Part shown: positions 18,704-26,620 of the stretch, piece after piece | Layout: every line of letters begins with the position of its first letter | How positions within the stretch are numbered: position 1 is the stretch's first letter | Source of the DNA: Gemmatimonadota bacterium | GTDB taxonomy: Bacteria > Gemmatimonadota > Gemmatimonadetes > Gemmatimonadales > Gemmatimonadaceae | Direction of reading: 5' to 3' | Assembly (NCBI GenBank): GCA_040389905.1 | Contig: JAZJZK010000007.1 | Span: 415,492-479,491 of the forward strand | Length of the DNA stretch: 64,000 bases | Made by a program: the position numbers and the translations under genes | The notes under the pieces: generated by a model | Told to the model about the DNA's origin: nothing | The model's database searches: none | The model's input: the letters and a program-made list of their open reading frames with translations, nothing else

Positions 18704-21232
18704 ATGCCGCGCCCAGCCCCAAAGCCGCCCTCAACGCGCCGACTAGCCAACTCGGCGGCTGCGGCAATGCGCGCTGCAATCAGGCTCGCCGGGGGCCGAG
18801 AGGTGTGCTTCGTCTCCACCCTCGATGAAGATGGAGTTGTGCTCACGGCTCGCGTCGTCGCACGTGGTGACGTCGCAAGCGTGCTCGCCCTGCCTGGCTT
18901 TGCGCGACGTGGCGAGATGCTGCTCCACAATCACCCGTCAGGACTCCTCGAGCCATCTGGAGCGGACTACGACGTCGCGGCGCGAATGCACGACGACGGC
19001 ATCGGTTTCGGGATCATCGACAACGACGCAACCATGTTGTACGTCGTCGTCGAAGTGCCGCGCGCCGAAACGAAGATACGGCTCGACCCCCAAGCCGTGG
19101 CCGCCGATCTCGGGCCCAATGGCGCAATCGCAAAACAACACGTGCGCTATGAGGACCGCGCAAGCCAGCGCGCGATGGCCGCCGCGGTTGCGCGCGTGTA
19201 CAACGAGGGCGGCGTGGGACTGCTCGAGGCAGGCACGGGTGTCGGAAAATCGCTCGGCTACCTTGTGCCGGCGCTTCGCTGGGCGGCGGCCAACGGCGAA
19301 CGCACCGTTGTCTCGACCAACACGATCAATCTTCAGGAACAACTCGTCGGAAAAGATCTGCCCTTTCTTGCGTTGGCGCTCACCGATCAAAAAGTGCGCT
19401 TCGCGCTCCTCAAGGGGTGGCGCAACTATCTGTGTCTCGCCCGCCTGGAGCAGGCGCAAGGCGGTGCAGCGCAACTGTTCGACGAAGGAACCGCGGGAGA
19501 ATTGACGTCGCTCACCGCGTGGTCGAAGCGAACGTCCGACGGCTCACTCGCCGACCTGCCCGTTCCGCCTCGTCCGGAAGTGTGGGATGAAGTTTCGGCG
19601 GAGCCGGATGTGTGCACGCGCATGAAGTGCCCGCACTTCGACAAGTGCTTCCTCTTCAAGGCGCGTCGTGCCGCGGCAGAAGCGGATGTCATCGTGGTGA
19701 ACCATCATCTGCTCCTCTCGGACCTCGCCGTGCGACGCGCAGCGCAGAACTGGGACGATGCCGCAGTGCTTCCCTCGTACAGTCGGCTCGTTGTGGACGA
19801 GGGGCATCACCTGGAAGATGCCGCGTCCTCGCACCTCGGCTCCACCGTCACGCGGCGCGCGCTGCAGCGGCTCGTCGGTCGCCTCGATCGTCGCGGGAAG
19901 GGTCTCCTGCCTGCGCTCAAGATGAAGCTTGCCGCGAGCAAGGACCTTCTCAGCACCGCGAGCCTCGATCTCCTCGAGACCAAACTCGAGCCGTCCGTTC
20001 ACGGGCTCCGCGACAAGAGCGGAATGATGTTCGACCTCCTCGACATTTTCATCCAGGAGTCGGGGCAAACAGTCGTGCGCCTGACGCACGGCTTCGCGTC
20101 GCATTCGATTTGGAAAGCCGGGCTCACACTGGCGCTCGAGGACACGCTTGGCGAGATCGAGTTGCTGCAACGCGGCCTGGTACTCGTGCGCGAACGCATC
20201 GACGGGAGCGTAAAGCTCGACGAGGAAGTGGCACCGCTCATGAGCGAGTTGCGCGCGGTGACGCGCCGGTTGCAGACCGCGGGAGACGGATTGCGCCGCG
20301 CGCTCACGCCGCCGCCAGACGATGATAGCGTCCGCTGGATCGAGGTTCGAGGGCGTGAGCGCTCCGTCGCCGTGTCCTGCGTTCCGCTCGATCTCGCGCC
20401 CATCTTACGGGAAGACCTCTTCAGGCGACTCGACAGCACCATCGTCACGAGCGCCACGCTCACGGCGTCGGTGGGCGATGTCGCGTCAGACGCCCGCAAC
20501 TTCGAGTTCCTTTCCGCTCGGCTCGGTCTCGATGAGCCGGATGTCCTTCCACTGACGGCCGTGTTTCCCTCGCCCTTCGACTATGGGGCACAGTCACTGC
20601 TGGCCATTCCGTCCGACGTGCCACCACCGAATATCGATGCGGATGGTCATCGGGCTGCCGTGGTGCGCATCGTGGTCGATCTCGCCGAGGCGTCCGACGG
20701 CGGACTGTTCGTGTTGTTCACGAGCCACCGCGAAGTCAGGCAACTCGCCGCCGAGCTTCGTTCCCGCGGTACCGACCGGCGCTGGCCCCTCCTCGTACAC
20801 GGCGAGGAGAGTCGCGATGTGCTCCTCGGCAGATTTCGCGATGCCGGTCAGGCCATCCTGCTCGGCACCGCCTCATTCTGGGAGGGCGTGGATGTGCCCG
20901 GCGATGCACTCCGCGGGCTCGTCATCGCAAAACTGCCCTTCCGTGTGCCCAGCGAGCCGGTGACGGCCGCCCAGTGCGAGGCGATCGAGGCGCGCGGAGG
21001 AAACGCGTTTGCCGAGTACATGCTTCCACACGCTTCGTTGCGGCTGAAGCAGGGCTTCGGAAGGCTCATCCGTACGGGGACCGATCGTGGCGTCGTGATT
21101 ATTGCGGATCCGCGCATCGTCACGAAGCGATACGGTCGAGGACTGCTTGATGCGCTCCCGGATGCGCCAAGGGTCATCGCGCGCTGGAGTGTCGTGAAGG
21201 AGAAGGTCCAAGCGTTCTACAATTCGCGCTGA
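18704..21232 (+). CDS. dinG: DinG/YoaA-family helicase with an N-terminal JAB/MPN (RadC-like) domain
   Basis: N-terminal GREVCF...HNHPSGLLEPSGAD; EAGTGVGKS, LKGWRNYLC, Cys cluster, VDEGHH, TSAT, FWEGVD and LKQGFGRLIR. Confidence 0.88.
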   Translation: MPRPAPKPPSTRRLANSAAAAMRAAIRLAGGREVCFVSTLDEDGVVLTARVVARGDVASVLALPGFARRGEMLLHNHPSGLLEPSGADYDVAARMHDDGIGFGIIDNDATMLYVVVEVPRAETKIRLDPQAVAADLGPNGAIAKQHVRYEDRASQRAMAAAVARVYNEGGVGLLEAGTGVGKSLGYLVPALRWAAANGERTVVSTNTINLQEQLVGKDLPFLALALTDQKVRFALLKGWRNYLCLARLEQAQGGAAQLFDEGTAGELTSLTAWSKRTSDGSLADLPVPPRPEVWDEVSAEPDVCTRMKCPHFDKCFLFKARRAAAEADVIVVNHHLLLSDLAVRRAAQNWDDAAVLPSYSRLVVDEGHHLEDAASSHLGSTVTRRALQRLVGRLDRRGKGLLPALKMKLAASKDLLSTASLDLLETKLEPSVHGLRDKSGMMFDLLDIFIQESGQTVVRLTHGFASHSIWKAGLTLALEDTLGEIELLQRGLVLVRERIDGSVKLDEEVAPLMSELRAVTRRLQTAGDGLRRALTPPPDDDSVRWIEVRGRERSVAVSCVPLDLAPILREDLFRRLDSTIVTSATLTASVGDVASDARNFEFLSARLGLDEPDVLPLTAVFPSPFDYGAQSLLAIPSDVPPPNIDADGHRAAVVRIVVDLAEASDGGLFVLFTSHREVRQLAAELRSRGTDRRWPLLVHGEESRDVLLGRFRDAGQAILLGTASFWEGVDVPGDALRGLVIAKLPFRVPSEPVTAAQCEAIEARGGNAFAEYMLPHASLRLKQGFGRLIRTGTDRGVVIIADPRIVTKRYGRGLLDALPDAPRVIARWSVVKEKVQAFYNSR

Positions 21233-21240
21233 ACGCGCAA

Positions 21241-21382
21241 GAGTACGCCACACCCCCTGATTTTTCTGTAAGCTGTGGCTGGCAACTGAGCACCTGTCAC
21301 AGCTGACGCGTGGTGGACATCAGCTGTGGCAGGTGCCCAGCGATCAGCCACAGCCAACAGATTCTCAGGGGGTGTGGCGCTC
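21241..21382. other. 142-nt long imperfect inverted repeat (candidate ncRNA or non-autonomous element)
   Basis: Nested arms CGCCACACCCCCTGA/TCAGGGGGTGTGGCG, TCTGT/ACAGA, GCTGTGGCTG/CAGCCACAGC, CTGAGCACCTG/CAGGTGCCCAG and TCACAGCTGA/TCAGCTGTGG around a 13-nt loop. Confidence 0.85.
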
Positions 21383-21412
21383 AAGAAACGACTGAAAAGG
21401 TTATCTTCCTTC

Positions 21413-22030
21413 ATGCCCAATCTCGCCCCATCGAAAATCGTGTGCGTCGGACGCAACTACGCCGCGCACGCCAAGGAACTCGGCAACGATGTTCCGAAGG
21501 AGCCGCTGATCTTCCTCAAGCCTCCGTCGAGCATCATTCGCAACGGGGAATCCATTCGTCTCCCAACAGTGTCCAAACAAGTGGAGTATGAAGGAGAAAT
21601 CGGTGTCGTCGTCGGGAAGCGCCTGACGAACGCGACCGCCGAGGAAGCGAGGGCAGCCGTTGCAGGGATCGTTGCCGCGAACGACGTGACGGCACGCGAC
21701 CTCCAGAAGTCCGATGGACAGTGGACGCGCGCGAAAGGGTTCGACACCTTCTGTGCACTGGGTGAGGTCGCTGACGCTCCGTCCGATCTTTCGTCGCTCA
21801 CCGTGACGACGCGCGTCAATGGCGTCGTGCGGCAGCAGGGCCGGGCAAGTGACATGGTTTTCGATATTCCCGCGGTGCTATCGTACGTCTCAGGCATCAT
21901 GACGCTCGAGCCTGGCGATCTCATCCTCACCGGGACGCCGGATGGTGTAGGGATCATTGCATCGGGCGATGTAGTAGAAATAGAGATCGCCGGCGTGAGC
22001 CGAGTCAGCAACCCTGTCGCCTCCGTCTAG
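21413..22030 (+). CDS. Fumarylacetoacetate hydrolase family protein
   Basis: KIVCVGRNYAAH, FLKP, YEGE, NDVTARD, AKGFDTF and LEPGDLILTGTP motifs; start at ATG 21413. Confidence 0.93.
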   Translation: MPNLAPSKIVCVGRNYAAHAKELGNDVPKEPLIFLKPPSSIIRNGESIRLPTVSKQVEYEGEIGVVVGKRLTNATAEEARAAVAGIVAANDVTARDLQKSDGQWTRAKGFDTFCALGEVADAPSDLSSLTVTTRVNGVVRQQGRASDMVFDIPAVLSYVSGIMTLEPGDLILTGTPDGVGIIASGDVVEIEIAGVSRVSNPVASV

Positions 22031-23214
22031 TGCCGCCGTTCGCGCAACGCTTCACCACACTCCCCGAGTATCCGCTCGCGACGATTCCGCAGCGCAAGCG
22101 CGCGCTGCTCGACCGCGGCGTGGACGTGATCGACCTCGGAGCCGGAGACGCGGACCTCGCGCCACCCGCCGCCGCGCTCGAGCGCATGAAGGACGCGGTC
22201 AGTGAACCCGCACTCAGTCGCTATGGCTTCGGGATGGGCTACGTGCCCTATCGCCAGGCCGTCAGCGCCTTCATGCGCAAACGCTTCCGCGTCGAGTTCG
22301 ATCCGATGACCGAGGTCGTGCCGTTGATCGGCTCGAAGGAAGGCATTTCCCATCTTGCCTTCGCCTACATGGAAGAGGGTTCGGTCGGCATCATCCCCGA
22401 ACCGGGTTACAACGCCTATCAGGGCGGCACGCTGCTCGGGGCGGGAGAGGCATACAAATATCCGCTGCGTCCTCGCACGAAGTTTCTCGTCGAACTGGAC
22501 GAGATCCCCTCCTCCGTGTTGGACCGCGCGCGCATCCTGTACCTCAATTATCCGAACAACCCAACCGGCGCGGTTGCTCCAATCGAGTATCTGCAACGCG
22601 TCGTGAACACCTGTCGTGAGCGGGACATCCTGCTCGTCTACGACAACGCGTACTCCGAAATGGCGTTCGACGGATACGTGCCGCCCAGCATCTTCGAGGT
22701 TGAAGGCGCGCGTGACGTCGCGATCGAGTTCCACTCGCTGTCGAAGACGTACAACATGACGGGGTGGCGCTGTGGCTGGGCCGTGGCGCGACCGGAAATC
22801 GCAGGGCCGCTTGCGAAGGTCAAGTCGTTCATGGATACCGGTCAGTTCATGGCGGTACAGGCGGCCGGCGTCGCCGCCATCGAAAGCTGGGAGTCGTTCG
22901 TGCCGGCAAACGTGGCGACGTTCAAGGAGCGTCGTGATGCGGGTGTCGCGGCATTCCGCGCGGCCGGATTCGCGTGCGAAGTCCCGCTTGCCACGATGTA
23001 TCTGTGGATCAAGTTGCCGGATGGCATCGCGTCCGCTGATTTCTTCGAACGGCTCCTCGAAGACGAAGGGGTCATCGTCATGGCGGGCTCCGCCTTCGGA
23101 GCGGGTGGGGAGGGCTTCTTCCGCATCTCGTTCATCACGTCACCTGAGCGAATCACCGAAGCAGCGCAACGTGCTGGGCGCGTGCTCGCCAACATGATGG
23201 CGGGCGTTTCCTGA
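22030..23214 (+). CDS. Class I/II PLP aminotransferase, LL-diaminopimelate aminotransferase-like
   Basis: LIGSKEG, NYPNNPTGA, DNAYSE, SLSKTYNMTGWR and FGAGGEGFFRIS motifs. Confidence 0.88.
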   Translation: MPPFAQRFTTLPEYPLATIPQRKRALLDRGVDVIDLGAGDADLAPPAAALERMKDAVSEPALSRYGFGMGYVPYRQAVSAFMRKRFRVEFDPMTEVVPLIGSKEGISHLAFAYMEEGSVGIIPEPGYNAYQGGTLLGAGEAYKYPLRPRTKFLVELDEIPSSVLDRARILYLNYPNNPTGAVAPIEYLQRVVNTCRERDILLVYDNAYSEMAFDGYVPPSIFEVEGARDVAIEFHSLSKTYNMTGWRCGWAVARPEIAGPLAKVKSFMDTGQFMAVQAAGVAAIESWESFVPANVATFKERRDAGVAAFRAAGFACEVPLATMYLWIKLPDGIASADFFERLLEDEGVIVMAGSAFGAGGEGFFRISFITSPERITEAAQRAGRVLANMMAGVS

Positions 23215-24050
23215 TGAAGCGTCGCGAGTCGGCACCGCTGCTGTTTTCGGTCGCGATTCACGTCGTGCTTGCCATCGTGATTCTGAATGCGGCGTTCCAC
23301 TACGATTTTTCCGGGTCGCCGCGTATCGCTCCGGATCACCCGAAGGCAGAGCGGGTGACGTACATGACAATGCCGCCCGCCGGGCTCTCCACTGGGAACG
23401 ACTCCTCGGCAAAGCGCGCGAAGGCGGCCGTCAAATCGTCGGGCCTCATTGCGCCGCTCCGCGTCCCCACCGTCGTCACGCCATCGGCTGTGGCCGTCGG
23501 CGGAAGTCCCTCAGGTGTCGCAGGCGCCAGCGGTGCGGTTGGAGGTCCCGTCAGCATCACGGCGGGCATCGTGCCGGCGCAACCGGATCCACGGCTCACG
23601 GCGGATGCGCACGCGTTCTATCCGGAGCCCAAGACGCACGCGCAGCGCGTCGACAGCGCAGTCAAGGCGAGCATCCTCGCGTACAATGATTCCGTCGCGA
23701 AGGTCCTAGGGATGAAAGGGCGCGATCCCGGCGACTGGACATTCCAGAAGAATGGACAGAAGTGGGGCATCGACGGGAGCAAGATCTATCTCGGCAAGTT
23801 TGCCATTCCGAGTGCAGTGCTCGCCGCGCTCCCCATTCGGCTTCCGCAGGGGAATCCCGGCGAAGGTCTCGCCGACCGGCTCGCACCGTCGCGGCGGGCG
23901 GACCTCCTGATTCACGCGGATGCCGCCGCACACAACGATGAGTTCAATGCGGCCGTGAAGCGCATTCGCGAGCGAAAGGACAAGGAGCGCGCGGAACGCC
24001 AGCGCGGCGAGGATCCTCGGCCCGTCGCCAATCCCGACATCGTGCCGTAA
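23214..24050 (+). CDS. Hypothetical single-TM protein with a TonB-like N-anchor
   Basis: N-terminal SVAIHVVL anchor, P/A/G/S-rich linker, C-terminal GDWT..KWG..IYLGKFAIP domain; coupled to the upstream stop. Confidence 0.7.
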   Translation: MKRRESAPLLFSVAIHVVLAIVILNAAFHYDFSGSPRIAPDHPKAERVTYMTMPPAGLSTGNDSSAKRAKAAVKSSGLIAPLRVPTVVTPSAVAVGGSPSGVAGASGAVGGPVSITAGIVPAQPDPRLTADAHAFYPEPKTHAQRVDSAVKASILAYNDSVAKVLGMKGRDPGDWTFQKNGQKWGIDGSKIYLGKFAIPSAVLAALPIRLPQGNPGEGLADRLAPSRRADLLIHADAAAHNDEFNAAVKRIRERKDKERAERQRGEDPRPVANPDIVP

Positions 24051-24070
24051 CGGGCGTCAGCCGCCCCACG

Positions 24071-24736
24071 TTAGTTGACGGCTGTATCTCCGCTCACCGG
24101 CAGCGATGGCTGCTGGTTGCCTTCCATGAAGGGCCGGAACACGCCACACACGACACCGAGCACCGCGAAGTCATCCTTCGGGCCGACTTCGATCGAGCGA
24201 TCCGCGTCATTGGCCGGCTCGAGGATGATCGTCGCACCACGGTGCATCAGCGTCTTGATCGTCGCCTCCTCACCCAGGCGCGCTGCCACGATGTCGCCGT
24301 CTTTTGCGCGAGCCGATGGCGAGACGAGCACGTAGTCGTCCGGGAAGATTCCCCGTCCCAGCATCGACTCGCCCTTCACCTTGAGGAAGAAAACGTCGTC
24401 GCCGGGGAGGAAGCGACGGTCCATGGTGATGTACGCGACACGGTGGTCTGGCAGAAGCGCAGGCTCTCCCGCATGGACACGACCATAGTACGGAACCGGC
24501 TGCGTGCTCGATTGGCCGGAATGCCCGACGATTCGAACGCCCCGCGAGCGCGATTGATCGCGCTCGATGAAACCCTTTTGCGAAAGTGATCCCAGGAGAT
24601 CACTGACAGTCTTCGTCGACTTGATGCGAAACTTCTTCGCGATCTCGCGAATGCTGGGCTGGTACGTGTTCTCCGCCAGGAAGTCGATCAGGTAGTGATA
24701 CACCCGTCGTTCCAGCGGAGTGAGGGGCTCGGTCAT
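24071..24736 (-). CDS. lexA: LexA repressor
   Basis: wHTH (PSIREI), Ala-Gly cleavage site (VHAG), Ser (KGESM) and Lys (ATIK) catalytic dyad. Confidence 0.95.
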   Translation of the reverse strand: MTEPLTPLERRVYHYLIDFLAENTYQPSIREIAKKFRIKSTKTVSDLLGSLSQKGFIERDQSRSRGVRIVGHSGQSSTQPVPYYGRVHAGEPALLPDHRVAYITMDRRFLPGDDVFFLKVKGESMLGRGIFPDDYVLVSPSARAKDGDIVAARLGEEATIKTLMHRGATIILEPANDADRSIEVGPKDDFAVLGVVCGVFRPFMEGNQQPSLPVSGDTAVN

Positions 24737-24874
24737 GCTGCCTCACGGCATCACAAAAAGTGGTCGGACTCCGAGTCATGCCGGCGCCCGATTTCTTACG
24801 AATTCTCCGCTAATGTATGCGTCGGCGGACTCAGCGCAACACCCGTCACGGTTTACTTGTTGCAGTTCAAGTGT

Positions 24875-26326
24875 TTACAGGGCAAGCAATGCCGCGTCGA
24901 GACGGGCGAGTGAACGCTCGCGACCGAGAAGGGCGAGAACGTCAAAAATCCCAGGGCTCGCGCTCTGGCCCGTTAGGGCAACACGCAAAGGTTGAAAGAT
25001 CTTGCCCGCCTTGTCGCCAAGACCGAGCCCGTCGGCAAGGGCGCGCAACGCCGCCTCCATTTCTACCTGTTCCCACTGAGGCAGCGCCGATAGTGCGTCA
25101 CGAACGCCCGCGAGTAACGATGCGGTGGCCGTTCGATCCTTCCAGTGTTTCGCGACGGCATCGGGCGCAAGCTGGACATCATCGGTGAAATACGTCCGCG
25201 CCTGTTCGACAATCTCACTGACAGTCCGCGCACGGACCACCAGGAGCGTGAGCAGCAGCGAATACCACCCGTGACGCTGATCGAGATACTCCTGCGTCGT
25301 TAGCCCGCTGGCGACGAGTGCTGGCGACACCAGTGCTTTCAACTCCGTGACTGGAAGAAGCCGGAGGTGCTCACCGTTCATCCACTCGAGCTTCTTCGTG
25401 TCGAAAATCGCGGCCTTCTTCTGCAATCCCTTGGTATCGAATCGCTCGACCATCTGCGCGAGCGTCATCAACTCGACATCATTGCCGGGCGCCCAGCCGA
25501 GGAGCGCGAGAAAGTTGAGCATCGCGCCGGGAAGAATGCCGAGATGCTGGTAGTCGCCGACCGCCGTCGCGCCGTGCCGCTTGCTCAGCTTCTTACCGTC
25601 GAGACCGTGAATCATCGGCAAGTGAGCGAACTGCGGGAGTTCTGCGCCGAGTGCTCGGTAGAGTAAAATCTGTTTCGGCGTGTTGGAGATGTGGTCATCA
25701 CCGCGCATCACGAGCGTGATCGCCATCGCAATGTCGTCACTGACGACCGCCATGTTGTAAATCGGCGTGCCGTCGGTACGGAGGATGATGAAATCCTCGA
25801 TGTCCTTGTTCGGAAAGCTGATCGTCTCGTGCACGAGATCATCCCATTCCGTCGCGCCCTCGGGCACGCGGAAGCGCACGGTAAATGGCGAACCTGCCGC
25901 CAGATGCGCGTCGACCTCCGCCGCATCGAGCCGATCGCACCGCCGATCGTACTTGAAGCTGCCACCGGCCGCTTCCGCCGCGGCACGACGCTGCGCCAGA
26001 TCCTCCTGCGTGCAGAAGCAGCGATACGCGGCACCGCTCGCGAGCAAGCGCTCGGCATCCGCCCGGTGTCGTTCCACGTTCGCGCCCTGGTAGACGACCG
26101 TCTCATCCCACGACAATCCGAGCCAGTTGAGGCCATCAAAGATCGCGCGCGTGCTTTCGTCGGTCGAGCGCGCCTTGTCCGTATCCTCCACGCGTAGCAG
26201 GAACTGGCCGCCGAACTTCTGCGCGTAGAGCCAGTTAAAGAGCGCCGTGCGCGCACCGCCGACATGGAGGTATCCCGTTGGCGAGGGGGCGAAACGCAGG
26301 CGTGGTACTGACGGATTGGCGGCCAT
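24875..26326 (-). CDS. gltX: Glutamate--tRNA ligase
   Basis: RFAPSPTGYLHVGG, EDTD, RGDDH and KKLSKR motifs. Confidence 0.97.
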   Translation of the reverse strand: MAANPSVPRLRFAPSPTGYLHVGGARTALFNWLYAQKFGGQFLLRVEDTDKARSTDESTRAIFDGLNWLGLSWDETVVYQGANVERHRADAERLLASGAAYRCFCTQEDLAQRRAAAEAAGGSFKYDRRCDRLDAAEVDAHLAAGSPFTVRFRVPEGATEWDDLVHETISFPNKDIEDFIILRTDGTPIYNMAVVSDDIAMAITLVMRGDDHISNTPKQILLYRALGAELPQFAHLPMIHGLDGKKLSKRHGATAVGDYQHLGILPGAMLNFLALLGWAPGNDVELMTLAQMVERFDTKGLQKKAAIFDTKKLEWMNGEHLRLLPVTELKALVSPALVASGLTTQEYLDQRHGWYSLLLTLLVVRARTVSEIVEQARTYFTDDVQLAPDAVAKHWKDRTATASLLAGVRDALSALPQWEQVEMEAALRALADGLGLGDKAGKIFQPLRVALTGQSASPGIFDVLALLGRERSLARLDAALLAL

Positions 26327-26387
26327 GGGTGACTGAGGTGCAGGCCCTGTGCTTCACTCGAGGGCGACAAAGATGGAGACAAATGAC

Positions 26388-26418
26388 GAAAGCCCGCCGC
26401 GGGCGGCGGCGGGCTTTC
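26388..26418 (-). terminator. Hairpin immediately 3' of tRNA-Ser(GCT)
   Basis: GAAAGCCCGCCGC/GCGGCGGGCTTTC 13-bp stem with only a short U-run. Confidence 0.6.
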
Positions 26419-26422
26419 GGAG

Positions 26423-26511
26423 CGGAGAGAGAGGGATTCGAACCCTCGGTAGAAGTTACCCCCTACGCCGGTTTAGCAAACCGGTGCCTTCAGCCTCTCG
26501 GCCATCTCTCC
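26423..26511 (-). tRNA. tRNA-Ser (anticodon GCT), no encoded CCA
   Basis: GGAGAGATGGCCGAG...CCGGT-TT-GCT-AA-ACCGG, long variable arm, GGGTTCGAATCCC, TCTCTCCG. Confidence 0.96.
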
Positions 26512-26620
26512 ATGAGGCAGCACGCATAGCGTGCTGCAGGGAATGTAACCGTTCGTTCCGCGTCGCTGCAACGGGCGAGACGTCGCCGTGACGTCGCGAC
26601 AGGACGATAGTCGTTGCAGC

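Noticed and set aside
18704..21232. Type IV CRISPR-associated CasDinG
   Set aside because: No csf/cas genes or array nearby, and the context is housekeeping.
21241..21382. 6S RNA, SRP RNA or a simple terminator
   Set aside because: No large central bubble, no SRP domain IV motif, no U-tract, and too long for a terminator; kept as an unassigned hairpin.
21326..21412. N-terminal extensions in the ORF track (also 56096-56185, 57345-57434, 32248-32508, 41546-41809)
   Set aside because: They run through hairpins, repeats, promoters or neighbouring genes; the family domains begin at downstream starts.
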